From Acidobacteriota bacterium (GTDB lineage: Bacteria > Acidobacteriota > UBA6911 > JACQSX01), in contig DASXQR010000083.1 in NCBI GenBank assembly GCA_036507075.1, positions 64,001 through 128,000 on the forward strand: a DNA stretch of 64,000 nt, written 5' to 3'. A model generated the notes under the pieces. The model was not told the DNA's origin, made no database searches, and saw only the letters and a list, made by a program, of their open reading frames with translations. A program made the translations under genes and the position numbers. Positions 19,378-30,607 of this stretch are shown here, piece after piece. Numbering within the stretch: position 1 is the first letter of the stretch; the number at the start of each line of letters is the position of its first letter.

Positions 19378-21549
19378 ATGGCAAAACTGCCTCAGACCGG
19401 AGACGAATTAATCAAGATTTACGGACCCCACCTGAATTACCCGCGCAAGGAGTCGGGCGTCGCTTCCGATGTACCTGACCATCTGGTTCAAACTCATTGC
19501 TGCTTCTGCGGAATGCAGTGCGGTATCCAGCTCAAGGTTAAGGACAATCGCGTTGTCGGTTTTGAACCCTGGGAAGAATTCCCATTCAACGAGGGGCGGT
19601 TGTGCCCGAAAGGTGTGCAGCGTTATTTGCAGAACGAGCACCCGGACAGGCTGCTGCACCCGCTGATCCGCTCTGACGCGGGATTCCGGCCTGGAAGCTG
19701 GGACGAAGCGATGACAAAGACGGCGGCTGAAATCCGCCGCATCCAGGACAAATACGGCAAGAACGCTTTCGCGATGCTTTCCGGTGTGTCGCTGAATAAT
19801 GAGAAATCTTATCTGGTCGGCAAGTTTGCCCGCGTGGCACTGCAAACCGCCAATCTTGATTATAACGGCAGGCTCTGCATGGTGAGCGCAGGGGCGGGAA
19901 ACAAGAAAGCCTTCGGCATCGACCGCGCCGCCAACCCCTGGAGCGACTTGCTGCACAGTAATCTGATTTTCATCGCCGGCAGCAACGTGGGCGAGTGTTT
20001 TCCCACTTTGACCGATTACATCTGGAAGGCGCGCGATCGCGGCGCTCGTCTCATTGTTGTAGATCCGCGCGAGACCCCGGTAGCGCGCACCGCCGATCTT
20101 CATGTGGCGATCCGTCCGGGAAGAGACCTGGCCCTGATGAATGCAATCCTGAGCCTGCTTATTCAGTGGAACCGCCTGGACCACGAGTTCATCGCTCATC
20201 ACACCACCGGATTTGAAAGCGTGCGCCAGGCGGCCACTGAAATGAGCCTCTCGGACGCGGCTCACCTGTGCGGCGTTCCCGAGGGCCAGATAATCAAGGC
20301 TGCACAAATGTGGTCGGATGCCAAAAACTCCATCCTGCTGCATGCGCGCGGGATCGAACACCATACCAAGGGCGTGGACAACGTACTCAGTTGCATCAAC
20401 CTGGTCCTGGCAACCGGCCGGCTTGGACGTAAGGGATGCGGCTACGGAACGATCACCGGCCAGGGCAATGGACAGGGAGGCCGCGAGCACGGCCATAAGT
20501 GTGACCAGCTTCCTGGAAACCGCGACATAGAGAACCCCGAACACCGCAAATACATCTCTGACGTCTGGGGCATTCGGGAAGAAGACCTTCCGCGTAAGGG
20601 ACTGAGTGCGCAGGAAATCGTGGATGCGATACATAAAGGCGAGATCCGCGGCCTGCTCTCCATCTGTTTTAACCCGCTCGTATCGCTTCCCGACACCAGC
20701 CACACGCGCCAGGCACTGGAGAAACTCGAGTTCTATGCCGCAATCGACTTTTTCCTGAATGAGACGGCGCATCATGCCGACGTGGTTTTCCCGGGTTCGC
20801 TGCACGAGGAGGACGATGGCACCAGCACCAGCGCTGAGGCGCGCGTGATTCGCTGCCGTAAAGCCGTCGATCCTCCCGGTGAGGCGCGCCAGGATTGGAA
20901 GATTCTCTGCGAGATAGCCGATCGACTCGGCCGTGGAAAGCATTTTGATTACCAGTCATCGGAGCGGATTTTTGAGGAACTGAGAATCGCCTCGCGCGGC
21001 GGAACGGCAGATTATTACGGCATCACTTATGACAAGATTGAGAAAAACTACGGAGTCTTCTGGCCCTGTCCTTCGGAAGATCATCCCGGCACTCCGCGCC
21101 TGTTTGAGGACCGGCGCTCGTATCATCCGGACGGAAAGTTTCATTTTCAAGCCGTCCGTTACCGTCCATCGGCGGAAGAGACTGACGCCGAATTTCCGGT
21201 TGTTCTAACTACCGGCCGCGTAGTGTCGCAGTATCTCAGCGGAACGCAAACGCGTCGCATCGGGATGCTCGTAGATCAGTATCCTGAGCCCAGGCTGGAG
21301 ATACATCCTCATCTGGCGGCGCGCTATGGAATCGCCACGGGCGACTTGGTCAGAGTGACCAGCCGGCGCGGCAGCATGGAGCTGCCGGCCCTGGTCACAG
21401 AGACCATTCGAGCCGATACGGTCTTCATTCCATATCATTGGCCTGGAAAGCAGGCGGCCAATCAGTTGACGCAGCGCGCGCTCGATCCTGTTTCCAAAAT
21501 CCCTGAATTCAAGGTTTCCGCAGTCCGGTTGCAGAAGGTGGCGCGATGA
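19378..21549 (+). CDS. Molybdopterin oxidoreductase, NasA/NapA-type nitrate reductase catalytic subunit (cytoplasmic)
   Basis: CCFCGMQC...LCPKG 4Fe-4S, RLCMVS Mo-Cys motif, [14 protein letters not shown] end; no Tat signal. Confidence 0.88.
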   Translation: MAKLPQTGDELIKIYGPHLNYPRKESGVASDVPDHLVQTHCCFCGMQCGIQLKVKDNRVVGFEPWEEFPFNEGRLCPKGVQRYLQNEHPDRLLHPLIRSDAGFRPGSWDEAMTKTAAEIRRIQDKYGKNAFAMLSGVSLNNEKSYLVGKFARVALQTANLDYNGRLCMVSAGAGNKKAFGIDRAANPWSDLLHSNLIFIAGSNVGECFPTLTDYIWKARDRGARLIVVDPRETPVARTADLHVAIRPGRDLALMNAILSLLIQWNRLDHEFIAHHTTGFESVRQAATEMSLSDAAHLCGVPEGQIIKAAQMWSDAKNSILLHARGIEHHTKGVDNVLSCINLVLATGRLGRKGCGYGTITGQGNGQGGREHGHKCDQLPGNRDIENPEHRKYISDVWGIREEDLPRKGLSAQEIVDAIHKGEIRGLLSICFNPLVSLPDTSHTRQALEKLEFYAAIDFFLNETAHHADVVFPGSLHEEDDGTSTSAEARVIRCRKAVDPPGEARQDWKILCEIADRLGRGKHFDYQSSERIFEELRIASRGGTADYYGITYDKIEKNYGVFWPCPSEDHPGTPRLFEDRRSYHPDGKFHFQAVRYRPSAEETDAEFPVVLTTGRVVSQYLSGTQTRRIGMLVDQYPEPRLEIHPHLAARYGIATGDLVRVTSRRGSMELPALVTETIRADTVFIPYHWPGKQAANQLTQRALDPVSKIPEFKVSAVRLQKVAR

Positions 21550-22112
21550 GCGAAGCGGAATTCTTCGTTGACCCGCAACGCTGCATCGGGTGCCACGCGT
21601 GCGAAACGGCATGTGCGGAATGCGGCACGCACAAAGGTCTGCCGATGATCCACGTCGACTATGTAGACCGGTCGAGATCGACACAGACCGTTCCAATGGT
21701 CTGCATGCATTGCGAAGACCCCGCCTGTGCTCAGGTATGTCCTGCGTACGCCATTCAAAAAACCGCCGATGGGGTAGTGCACTCAGCGACGACGCCGCGC
21801 TGCATCGGGTGCTCAAACTGCGTGCTCGCTTGTCCGTTTGGAGTACCGAAGTACATGGCAGGAATGGACCTGATGATGAAATGCGACATGTGTTATGACC
21901 GCACTTCGATAGGAAAGCGGCCGATGTGTGCGACGGTCTGTCCCACGGGCGCGCTCTGGTACGGTTCGCGTGAACAGCTTCAGAAGGAGCGCAGGAGCGT
22001 TCCAGTGAATCAGTTCCGGTTCGGCGGTCAGTTGGTACGTACAAGAGTTCATGTGATGGTCCACTCAGGCGAGACGCTGGTGCAGATAAAGGGAGTGAAT
22101 TTGCGAGGGTAG
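21546..22112 (+). CDS. DmsB/NrfC-like 4Fe-4S electron transfer subunit
   Basis: [46 protein letters not shown]. Confidence 0.92.
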   Translation: MSEAEFFVDPQRCIGCHACETACAECGTHKGLPMIHVDYVDRSRSTQTVPMVCMHCEDPACAQVCPAYAIQKTADGVVHSATTPRCIGCSNCVLACPFGVPKYMAGMDLMMKCDMCYDRTSIGKRPMCATVCPTGALWYGSREQLQKERRSVPVNQFRFGGQLVRTRVHVMVHSGETLVQIKGVNLRG

Positions 22113-22637
22113 GTGACGGATATGAGACCCCAATCGGTTGAGACTCCCAGGTCGGCGGAGCCCAAATGGAAAAATGATTTTCCGCTGGATTACGGCGAAG
22201 ATGAACACGTTAGTCGCCGCGAGTTTGCCAAGTTTCTGGTACTCACAAGTTTGGGTCTCTTTGTCGGAAATTGCTGGATTGCGTTAAAGCAATGGTTCGG
22301 CCCGTCGAAAGGCGGCTTTCCTCAAATACGGATTGCCGCATTGGATCAGATTCGCATTGGAGAAATGCTTCAGTTCCGATACCCCGATGAAAAGTCACCG
22401 GCCATTCTGATCAGGCTTTCGGAAACAGAACTAGTCGCCTATGGGCAGAAGTGCACCCACCTGTCCTGCGCGGTTTACTGGGAACCGGGGGATGGAAGGA
22501 TCGCCTGTCCCTGCCATCACGGCTTTTTCGATGTGCGCGATGGCCATGTTTTGGCCGGCCCGCCGCCCCGTTCCCTGCCGCGCATTCCGCTCAGAATCCA
22601 GGGAGCAGACATCTTTGCCACGGGAGTGGAAATATGA
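22113..22637 (+). CDS. Membrane-anchored Rieske 2Fe-2S protein
   Basis: SRREF followed by a TM helix; CTHLSC and CPCHHG boxes; GPPPRSL. Confidence 0.92.
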   Translation: MTDMRPQSVETPRSAEPKWKNDFPLDYGEDEHVSRREFAKFLVLTSLGLFVGNCWIALKQWFGPSKGGFPQIRIAALDQIRIGEMLQFRYPDEKSPAILIRLSETELVAYGQKCTHLSCAVYWEPGDGRIACPCHHGFFDVRDGHVLAGPPPRSLPRIPLRIQGADIFATGVEI

Positions 22638-22864
22638 GTGATATTAAGGACGCGCAGAAGAACATTACTGCCCAGAAGCGCAATGCCATTCTGGCTGGAA
22701 TCATCAGCATTCTTTGCATATTCGTGATCGCCCAGGTGTGGTTGCTAACCGCCGCTCTGGAAGCTTACCTGGCTGGAAACCCGGACGTTGCCATACCTGC
22801 GGCACTGGTCGCGGCAGGTTGCTTTGCGCTTGCCGCAGGATTGCTTCGGTACCTGCCTGATTAG
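22634..22864 (+). CDS. Small two-TM protein (DUF6755-like)
   Basis: ATGA overlap with the Rieske gene; QVWLLTAALEAYLAG. Family name recalled, not searched. Confidence 0.75.
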   Translation: MSDIKDAQKNITAQKRNAILAGIISILCIFVIAQVWLLTAALEAYLAGNPDVAIPAALVAAGCFALAAGLLRYLPD

Positions 22865-22886
22865 CTAGTTGCTAATGAAGGTTGTG

Positions 22887-24065
22887 ATGAAAGACTCGAA
22901 CAGGAACTTGACGCTCTCCACGCTTGCCTTTGCTGTGACCTTTTCCTGTTGGGGCTTGATCGCTGCGCTGGCGCCTCTCTTCAAGACCTCATTCGGTTTG
23001 AGTGCGACACAGGTTGGAATAATGGTGGCGATACCGGTCCTTCTCGGGTCTGTAGGGAGGTTGGGCGCAGGGTGGCTTGCGGACCGTTTCGGAGCAAGAA
23101 GCGTTATGGCGTTCCTGCTGATTTTTGGAACGATCCCACCGCTTGCGCTGAGCTTTGTTCGTTCTTACGAAGCGGTCCTCTTCTGGGGTTTTTTCCTCGG
23201 CGCGGCGGGAACTTCGTTCCCCGTCGGAGTCGCGCTTGTGTCGCGTTGCTTCCCAAAGGAGCGGGCCGGGTTTGCCCTGGGTGTTTACGGGGCAGGTAAC
23301 ATCGGGCAGTCGATCGCCGTGTTTTTTGCGCCGGTGCTGGCGCGCGGCGTCGGTCCGGATTGGACTTTCCGGGCATTTGCGCTGCTATCGGCCCTCGGCG
23401 GGATGCTGGTCTGGCTCCTGATGAAAGAACCTGACCACGGTCGTCCTCAAATGAACTGGCGTGAAACGGCGGCTGTTTTTCGCGAGAGGAAAACCTTTAT
23501 TCTGAGTCTGTTCTATTTTTTGACTTTTGGCGGCTTTATCGCGCTTGGGATCTTTCTGCCCACATTGTTGCGTGAAATGTTCAGCCTTTCAGCCGCTGAC
23601 GCCGGCGCGCGAACCGCAGGGTTTGTGCTTGTCGCCACACTTGCGCGTCCTCTGGGTGGATGGCTCAGCGACAGTTGGGGAGGTCAGCGGATGCTCATGT
23701 TCGTCTTCGGAGGACTTGCAGCCATAGCGTGGTTGATGTTCAGTCACAACATAGTCCTTTTCACCTTTTCGGCCCTCGGCTCCGCCCTGTTGCTGGGCCT
23801 GGGCAATGGTGCCGTTTTTAAACTGGTGCCCGAGTACTTTCCGGTACGCACCGGCACGGTAACCGGCATCGTGGGCGCAACGGGTGGATTGGGCGGGTTC
23901 TTCCCACCACTGGTGCTGGGCATGTTCCGAGACCAGTTTGGAAGTTACGGCCCTGGATTTTTGCTGCTCAGTGCGTTCGCCGCGGCATGTCTGTTGATCA
24001 ACTGGACTGCAACATCAACACCGGCAAGGACCAGAAACATGGATCCGATGTCGGCGCGGCGATGA
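22887..24065 (+). CDS. narK: NarK/NasA-family nitrate/nitrite MFS transporter
   Basis: MFS topology; GSVGR, GAGNIG, FGGF, ARPLGGWLSD, GNGAVFKLVP and GGLGGFFPP signatures. Confidence 0.88.
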   Translation: MKDSNRNLTLSTLAFAVTFSCWGLIAALAPLFKTSFGLSATQVGIMVAIPVLLGSVGRLGAGWLADRFGARSVMAFLLIFGTIPPLALSFVRSYEAVLFWGFFLGAAGTSFPVGVALVSRCFPKERAGFALGVYGAGNIGQSIAVFFAPVLARGVGPDWTFRAFALLSALGGMLVWLLMKEPDHGRPQMNWRETAAVFRERKTFILSLFYFLTFGGFIALGIFLPTLLREMFSLSAADAGARTAGFVLVATLARPLGGWLSDSWGGQRMLMFVFGGLAAIAWLMFSHNIVLFTFSALGSALLLGLGNGAVFKLVPEYFPVRTGTVTGIVGATGGLGGFFPPLVLGMFRDQFGSYGPGFLLLSAFAAACLLINWTATSTPARTRNMDPMSARR

Positions 24066-24375
24066 TTAGAACCACAATCATGGTGCTGGTAACCTGATCC
24101 CTCATCCTGCGTGGCCGCCGGCAGCCATCACCAGAGTTGGGATCGCATTCCTGGTGGGTAAGGCACCGGCAGCGGGCTTTCGGGGAAGCTCTTGCCAAAC
24201 GGGAGGAGCGTGGGCGGCATCAGTGATTCCATACGAGCATCATGCCCTCGATCAATGCCATTATTGCAATGCCGGCGGCGAAATGCGCTGAGGCGCGATC
24301 TGCCGCCGGTATTTTTTGAGAGAAGGCGGCCGGATGGAGAAAGTACTAAAGATTCTCCTCAGGTAAATCGTCATC

Positions 24376-24792
24376 TCAGAAGACGTGTTTCACGTTCTCG
24401 CCTTGAATCATTACCTCCTCGATTGTCGTCTCCTTTGCCGGATTGGTGCCAAACCGAACTTCGGTGGCCTTTGCTTTTATCTCCAGAGGCTGGACATGAC
24501 ACTTCAGTCTCGTGATCTCCTTGTCTGTGGGTTTCTCCCACCCGGCGTGACGGCGCTCAACGATCGGCTTAAAGATGATACTGTGGCTCTCACCGACCGA
24601 TTTGTGCTGAAGCTGATAGAGACCCGGTTGTAACAGGACTTCTCCTACGCGGACTGGCGAGCTGAAAGTGATCTCGCCCTTATTTCCCACGCGCACGGTC
24701 CCGGGCCGCTCGGCTAACAGTGGAATACAAAAGCTTCCCAGAAGAGTCATAAGCAAAGCCCCTTTTGAAAAGTATTTCTTTCCGTAATTCAT
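24376..24792 (-). CDS. Secreted hypothetical beta-rich protein
   Basis: Signal peptide, GAGAGG RBS, sigma54 promoter upstream. Confidence 0.7.
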   Translation of the reverse strand: MNYGKKYFSKGALLMTLLGSFCIPLLAERPGTVRVGNKGEITFSSPVRVGEVLLQPGLYQLQHKSVGESHSIIFKPIVERRHAGWEKPTDKEITRLKCHVQPLEIKAKATEVRFGTNPAKETTIEEVMIQGENVKHVF

Positions 24793-24842
24793 GAATCCTC
24801 TCTTTCCTTTCTGTGTATCACCTTGCTTCATCCGGATGAATA

Positions 24843-24857
24843 GCAATCGCGATGCCA
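24843..24857 (-). promoter_or_regulatory. sigma54 promoter (TGGCATCGCGATTGC)
   Basis: Near-perfect consensus 50 bp upstream of the ATG at 24792. Confidence 0.75.
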
Positions 24858-24978
24858 GTTTGGTCCGCGGTTGTTTGCCCGGGAATTTCGGATAGAGGGT
24901 CTGGAGTGCCGAAGGAAAGTACTGCGTGAAATCGCGCATCACTGCGTGTTTTCCAGCAGGCACCCGAAAAGCGCGGCG

Positions 24979-27342
24979 TTAATACGGCCACTTCCAGTCG
25001 CGAATCTCAGGCATGTCGTCGCCGTATTTACAAATGTACTGCTTATGTTCGAGGAGCTTGTCACGCATGGCTTGCTTGACATAGGCAGCCTTTGAACCTA
25101 ACTTCGGTAGGCGCTCTATAACGTCTTCAACCAGGTGGAAGCGGTCGAGGTCGTTAAGAACCGTCATGTCAAACGGCGTCGTGGTCGTGCCCTCCTCTTT
25201 GTATCCACGCACGTGAAGGTTGCGGTGATTTGTGCGACGGTAGGCCAGCCGGTGAATCAACCAGGGATAACCATGAAAGGCGAACACGACAGGCCTGTCA
25301 GTTGTAAAGAGCGAATCGAAATCTTTGTCAGACAACCCGTGCGGATGCTCCCGCGCGGGTTGGAGTGTCATCAAATCGACGACGTTGACCACGCGAACCC
25401 GTAGTTCCGGAAAGCGGTGACGGAGGATATCCACCGCCGCAAGTGTTTCCAGCGTCGCAATGTCGCCGGCACACGCCATCACAACGTCCGGCTCTGCACC
25501 TTCGTCGTTGCTTGCCCATTTCCAAATGCCTATACCTGCGGTGCAGTGTTTGATGGCGGCATCCATATCGAGATATTGCAGCGCAGGTTGCTTGCCCGCC
25601 ACAATGACATTCACGTAGTGGCGGCTCCTCAGGCAATGGTCCGTCACGGAGAGGAGCGTGTTGGCGTCGGGCGGAAAATAGACACGAACGATTTCCGCCT
25701 TCTTGTTGACGACATGATCGATAAAGCCGGGATCCTGGTGGCTGAAGCCGTTGTGATCCTGCCGCCAGACATGCGAGGTGAGCAGATAGTTGAGAGAAGC
25801 AATCGGACGGCGCCACGGAATATGACGCGTCACTTTCAGCCACTTGGCATGCTGGTTGAACATGGAATCAACGATGTGAATAAACGCCTCGTAACAGGAG
25901 AAAAAGCCATGCCGACCGGTGAGCAGGTAACCTTCCAGCCAGCCCTGGCACATATGTTCGCTCAAGACCTCCATTACCCGCCCGTCAGGTGAGATATGGT
26001 CGTCGCCGGGCGAAATACTGCCGGTGAAAACTCGGTCGGTCACCTCAAACACTGCACCCAAGCGGTTTGAGGCTGTTTCGTCCGGGCCCATCAAGCGGAA
26101 ATTACGACTTTCGGCGTTACACTTGATAACGTCGCGAAGGAATCGTCCCATCACGCGTGTGGCTTCTGCCTCCAGGGTGCCTGGGTTCGGGACATCGACG
26201 GCGTAGTCGCGAAAATCCGGCAGCTTTAAATCCTTAAGGAGCAGCCCTCCATTGGCGTGGGGGTTGGCACCCATGCGAAGCCTTCCTCGGGGCGCAAGTT
26301 CTGCAAGCTCCGGCACAAGCCGCCCGTTTTCATCGAATAGTTCTTCGGGCTTGTAGCTGCGCATCCACTGTTCAAGCATCTTTAGATGTTCCGGCTTGCT
26401 TGCCAGCTCTGCCAGCGGAACCTGGTGGGAGCGGAACGAATTCTCTGTTGGCAAACCATCAACGATCTTTGGCCCGGTCCAACCTTTTGGCGTACGCAGC
26501 ACGATCATCGGCCACCGCTGACGGCGGAAGAAGCCATTGGTTCGGGCGTCTCTCTGAATTGCCTGGATCTCGGCGAGCACTGAGTCGAGTGTGTGCGCCA
26601 TGAGTTGATGCATCTTTTCCGGCTCGTTGCCCTCGACAAAGTATGGCGTGTAGCCATAACCGACAAAAAGGCTTGTCAGCTCTTCGTCGTTGAGCCGCGC
26701 CAGGAGGGTGGGATTGGCAATCTTGTAGCCATTCAAATGCAGAATGGGCAAAACGGCGCCGTCATGCACCGGATTGAGGAACTTGTTGGAATGCCAGCTC
26801 GCGGCCAGGGGGCCTGTCTCCGCTTCACCGTCGCCGATGACGCAAGCTGCCAGTAAGTCGGGATTGTCGAACACGGCACCGTAGGCGTGAACCAGCGCGT
26901 AACCAAGTTCGCCACCTTCATGGATTGATCCGGGGGTTTCCGGTGCCACGTGGCTCGGAATGCCGCCGGGGAATGAAAACTGTGTAAAAAGCTTTTTCAG
27001 CCCCTCGGTATCCTGCGAGATGCTGGGATAAACCTCGCTGTATGTTCCCTCCAGGTAAGTGTTGGCGACCAGACCGGGGCCGCCATGGCCCGGGCCGGTG
27101 ATGTAGAGAACATTCAGATCATGCGCCTTAATCAGGCGATTAAGATGCGCGTAAATGAAATTAAGCCCCGGCGTCGTCCCCCAGTGGCCAAGCAGTCTCG
27201 GCTTGATGTGGCAAAGCTCCAGGGGCTTACGCAGCAGAGGATTGTCGTACAGGTAAATTTGACCAACCGAAAGATAATTCGCCGCTCGCCAGTAGGCATT
27301 TATCTTCCGTACTTCCTCTGCAGTTAAGGGTGTTTCTTTCAT
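24979..27342 (-). CDS. xfp: Xylulose-5-P/fructose-6-P phosphoketolase
   Basis: [24 protein letters not shown] and [12 protein letters not shown] motifs. Confidence 0.97.
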   Translation of the reverse strand: MKETPLTAEEVRKINAYWRAANYLSVGQIYLYDNPLLRKPLELCHIKPRLLGHWGTTPGLNFIYAHLNRLIKAHDLNVLYITGPGHGGPGLVANTYLEGTYSEVYPSISQDTEGLKKLFTQFSFPGGIPSHVAPETPGSIHEGGELGYALVHAYGAVFDNPDLLAACVIGDGEAETGPLAASWHSNKFLNPVHDGAVLPILHLNGYKIANPTLLARLNDEELTSLFVGYGYTPYFVEGNEPEKMHQLMAHTLDSVLAEIQAIQRDARTNGFFRRQRWPMIVLRTPKGWTGPKIVDGLPTENSFRSHQVPLAELASKPEHLKMLEQWMRSYKPEELFDENGRLVPELAELAPRGRLRMGANPHANGGLLLKDLKLPDFRDYAVDVPNPGTLEAEATRVMGRFLRDVIKCNAESRNFRLMGPDETASNRLGAVFEVTDRVFTGSISPGDDHISPDGRVMEVLSEHMCQGWLEGYLLTGRHGFFSCYEAFIHIVDSMFNQHAKWLKVTRHIPWRRPIASLNYLLTSHVWRQDHNGFSHQDPGFIDHVVNKKAEIVRVYFPPDANTLLSVTDHCLRSRHYVNVIVAGKQPALQYLDMDAAIKHCTAGIGIWKWASNDEGAEPDVVMACAGDIATLETLAAVDILRHRFPELRVRVVNVVDLMTLQPAREHPHGLSDKDFDSLFTTDRPVVFAFHGYPWLIHRLAYRRTNHRNLHVRGYKEEGTTTTPFDMTVLNDLDRFHLVEDVIERLPKLGSKAAYVKQAMRDKLLEHKQYICKYGDDMPEIRDWKWPY

Positions 27343-27521
27343 CTCACGATAACGCTCTGCTGGAGCCGATGTAAATCTTACGCAACTTTCCTGCCAGAAA
27401 CGCCGCCTACGAACTGGTCCTCTGCCGAATGCTTTCAGCCTGCGCAAGAATTACGAGTGTATTCCTTACGGTTGGGTTACATCACCTAACTTCTGGCGGG
27501 AAAGAAAAGGAAAAAGGGAGA

Positions 27522-27594
<73 letters not shown>

Positions 27595-27751
27595 ATAGAT
27601 GAGTACAACCTGGACGACGAAAAAGTTTGATCATACCCAAAGCGAAACGCAGTCGCAAGGGGCCGAACGCGCATTAGGTTGACCGCTGTCAAGTTGAGCC
27701 GCTAAACTTAGCCGCGGTTTAACACGAATTGCACGGATCTTTGAGCCTTAT

Positions 27752-28423
27752 ATGAGTACACGAGTGCTACTGGTTCGACATGGTGCTACCGAGTTGAGCC
27801 CGGAAGATCGCTTTGCGGGTTCCACCGATGTTCTTCTTTCCGAAGAAGGGCAGCGCCAGGCATCGGAGCTGGCGGCGCGATTGTCCGGCCTTCGGCTGGC
27901 TGCGGTGTATTCCAGCCCTCTGCAGCGCTCCCTCCGGACCGCGGAGATTCTGGCGGCACCCCACAGTCTGGCTGTGACGCAGATCAAGGACTTCCGTGAG
28001 ATTTCTCATGGCCGATGGGAGGGTCTGACTCGCGGGGAAGTGGAGAAGAGCTTTGCTCAGGAATACTTGTCCTGGGATGCAGATCCGTTCACTTTTGCGC
28101 CTCTCGGAGGGGAAACCGGTCTCAGTGTTCTGGCTCGGGCCCTCCCTGCGCTTCGCGAAGTAGTTCTAAAACACGAGCGCCAAACCGTGCTGATCGTGTC
28201 GCACAAGTCCACGATTCGGCTTCTTATCGGAAGTTTCCTCGGATTTGATTTACGAGAGTATCGCGACCGCCTGGATCAGCAGCCCTGTTGCTTGAACGTA
28301 TTGGACTTCAAGGATCCGGCGCGCATGCGCCTGATGCTCTTCAATGACATTTCGCACTACCATGACCATCCCAAAACTCCCAAAGCTGTGCTCTCCAAAT
28401 CGTGGGATGCGCTCAAAAAATGA
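27752..28423 (+). CDS. Histidine phosphatase family protein
   Basis: LVRHG, SSPLQR, E..HGRWEG and VSH motifs. Confidence 0.92.
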   Translation: MSTRVLLVRHGATELSPEDRFAGSTDVLLSEEGQRQASELAARLSGLRLAAVYSSPLQRSLRTAEILAAPHSLAVTQIKDFREISHGRWEGLTRGEVEKSFAQEYLSWDADPFTFAPLGGETGLSVLARALPALREVVLKHERQTVLIVSHKSTIRLLIGSFLGFDLREYRDRLDQQPCCLNVLDFKDPARMRLMLFNDISHYHDHPKTPKAVLSKSWDALKK

Positions 28424-28463
28424 ATGGAGTTAAAACATCACCACAAAGGCACAACGGGGCAGA

Positions 28464-28555
28464 GCCGCAACCAAACACGTCATCGGTCATTAGTCATTAG
28501 TTCGTCGGTTAAAGAATCTTGCTAAAAAAACAAGAAGATCGCCAACTTGTTACAC
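28464..28555 (+). repeat. Dispersed ~92-bp element, copy 1
   Basis: GCCGCAACCAAA...AAAGAATCTTGCTAAAAAAACAAGAA...AACTTGTTACAC; close copy at 36154-36244. Confidence 0.85.
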
Positions 28556-28672
28556 AAAGGGCACAAATATTCTTTCGAAACTTCTGGACGATTCGTTCGT
28601 ATTAATTTGGATGAATCACGTTCTACTGATCGGGATGGCCGGGTTGGCAGGAACGTGGAAAAGGAGCTCAAG

Positions 28673-30607
28673 GTGAAGCTTTTTTCCCGAATTCTTATCT
28701 GCTCTTTCCTGTTCTCGGCCGCCGCCGCCCAGGTGCAGGAAATCATTCCCGGTGACAATCTGGTCTTGGACGGAATTCCAAAAATTCCGGCCAGTCTGAC
28801 CGAGTCAGTAGATCGTTATACGCAGGCGCGCTCAGCCACGCTGGTCGACTGGCACCCCGTGCGCCGGGAAATGCTGATCCGCACGCGATTTGCTGATACC
28901 TTCCAGATTCACCTGGTGAAAATGCCCGGCGGAGCCCGCACGCAGATGACGTTTTTTGCTGAGCCGGTCAATGTCGCCTCCTTCCAGCCCAGGCAGGGTG
29001 ACTACTTCGTTTACTTAAAAGATGCCGGCGGAAACGAGTTCTACCAGATCTACCGTCTCGATCTGTCCACGGGAAAAAGCGCTCTGCTCACCGATGGGCG
29101 CTCCCGGAACATATTGGGACGCTGGTCTTCTGGCGGCGATAGAGTGGCGTACACGTCCACCCGGAGAAACGGAAAGGATCTTGATATTTATGTCGTAACC
29201 CCCACCGATCCGAAGAGCGATCGGAAGCTGGTCGAATTGCAAGGCGGCGGTTGGGACGTGCTTGACTGGTCGCCCGACGATCGCAAACTCCTGGTGATGG
29301 AGCTCGTCTCCGCCAATGAGAGTTATCTCTGGTTGTTCGATTCCTCATCTGGTGAAAAAACACTCCTCACGGCCAGGGAGCAGGGGGAAAAGGTAATGTA
29401 CCGAGCCGGTCGTTTTTCCACGGACGGCAAGGGGATTTACGCGGCGACAGATTTCGGTTCGGACTTCCAACGCCTCGCTTACATCGATCTGGCGACAAAA
29501 AAGCCGTCGTTCTTGACGACGCATATCCCGTGGGACGTTGAAGAATTCGATCTGTCTTCGGACGGGAAATGGATTGTATTTGCAACCAATGAAGATGGCG
29601 CCAGCGTGCTGCGGCTGCTGGATACGGCGAACCGCCGTGAGAAACCGCTGCCCAAACTTCCCAACGGGATGATAACGGACATCAAGTTTCATCCGAACGG
29701 AAAGGAATTCGGTTTCAGTTTTTTGTCTGCGCAGGCGTCGGATGTTTATTCCGTGGACATCCGCATAGGAAAGCTGGAGCGCTGGACGTCGAGCGAAATG
29801 GGTGGCTTGAATCCGGAAAATTTTCACAATCCGGAGCTGGTCCGATGGAAGAGCTTCGACGGCAAAATGATTTCCGGATTTGTTTACAAGCCGATGCAGG
29901 GCTTTACCGGCAAGCGGCCCGTGATGATCGAAATACATGGCGGTCCCGAGGATCAGTTCCGTCCTCGCTTCCTCGGCAGGCGAAACTATTTCATCAATGA
30001 GATGGGGGTTGCTCTGATTTACCCCAATGTTCGAGGCTCTTCCGGTTACGGAAAGAGCTTCCTGAAACTCGATAATGGGACGCTGCGCGACAACTCATAC
30101 AAGGACATTGCGGCGCTTCTGGACTGGATTCGAACACAGCCGGATCTGGATGCCGACAGAGTTCTGGTGACAGGCGGAAGCTATGGCGGTTTCATGACGC
30201 TGGCAGTGGCGACAAACTACAGCGATCGGATCCGATGCGCTTTGGATATTGTCGGGCCTTCAAATCTGGTTACGTTCCTGGAAAGAACGGAGAGCTATCG
30301 GAGAGATCTGCGGCGCGCCGAGTATGGCGACGAGAGGGATCCTTCGATTCGGGAGTACCTTGAAAAAATCGCCCCGATGAATCATGCCTCCGATATCAGG
30401 AAGCCTCTCTTTGTCATTCAGGGAAAGAATGATCCCCGCGTTCCGGCAAGTGAGTCAGAGCAGATCGTTCAGACGGTAAAAAAGAATGGCACGCCGGTCT
30501 GGTACCTGATGGCTAAAGACGAAGGTCACGGATTTGCGAAAAAGAAGAACGTGGATTTTCAGTTCTACGCAACGATCCTGTTCATGCAGGAGTACTTGCT
30601 AAAGTAA
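28673..30607 (+). CDS. S9 family (prolyl oligopeptidase/acylaminoacyl) peptidase, secreted
   Basis: AAGGAG RBS plus GTG, signal peptide, beta-propeller, GGSYGG, NDPRV, DEGHGF. Confidence 0.92.
   Translation: MKLFSRILICSFLFSAAAAQVQEIIPGDNLVLDGIPKIPASLTESVDRYTQARSATLVDWHPVRREMLIRTRFADTFQIHLVKMPGGARTQMTFFAEPVNVASFQPRQGDYFVYLKDAGGNEFYQIYRLDLSTGKSALLTDGRSRNILGRWSSGGDRVAYTSTRRNGKDLDIYVVTPTDPKSDRKLVELQGGGWDVLDWSPDDRKLLVMELVSANESYLWLFDSSSGEKTLLTAREQGEKVMYRAGRFSTDGKGIYAATDFGSDFQRLAYIDLATKKPSFLTTHIPWDVEEFDLSSDGKWIVFATNEDGASVLRLLDTANRREKPLPKLPNGMITDIKFHPNGKEFGFSFLSAQASDVYSVDIRIGKLERWTSSEMGGLNPENFHNPELVRWKSFDGKMISGFVYKPMQGFTGKRPVMIEIHGGPEDQFRPRFLGRRNYFINEMGVALIYPNVRGSSGYGKSFLKLDNGTLRDNSYKDIAALLDWIRTQPDLDADRVLVTGGSYGGFMTLAVATNYSDRIRCALDIVGPSNLVTFLERTESYRRDLRRAEYGDERDPSIREYLEKIAPMNHASDIRKPLFVIQGKNDPRVPASESEQIVQTVKKNGTPVWYLMAKDEGHGFAKKKNVDFQFYATILFMQEYLLK

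Noticed and set aside
19408..20943. 511-aa minus-strand ORF and similar long antisense ORFs (2270-3040, 40209-41066, 62721-63536)
   Set aside because: They are shadows of well-supported genes on the other strand and carry no motifs.
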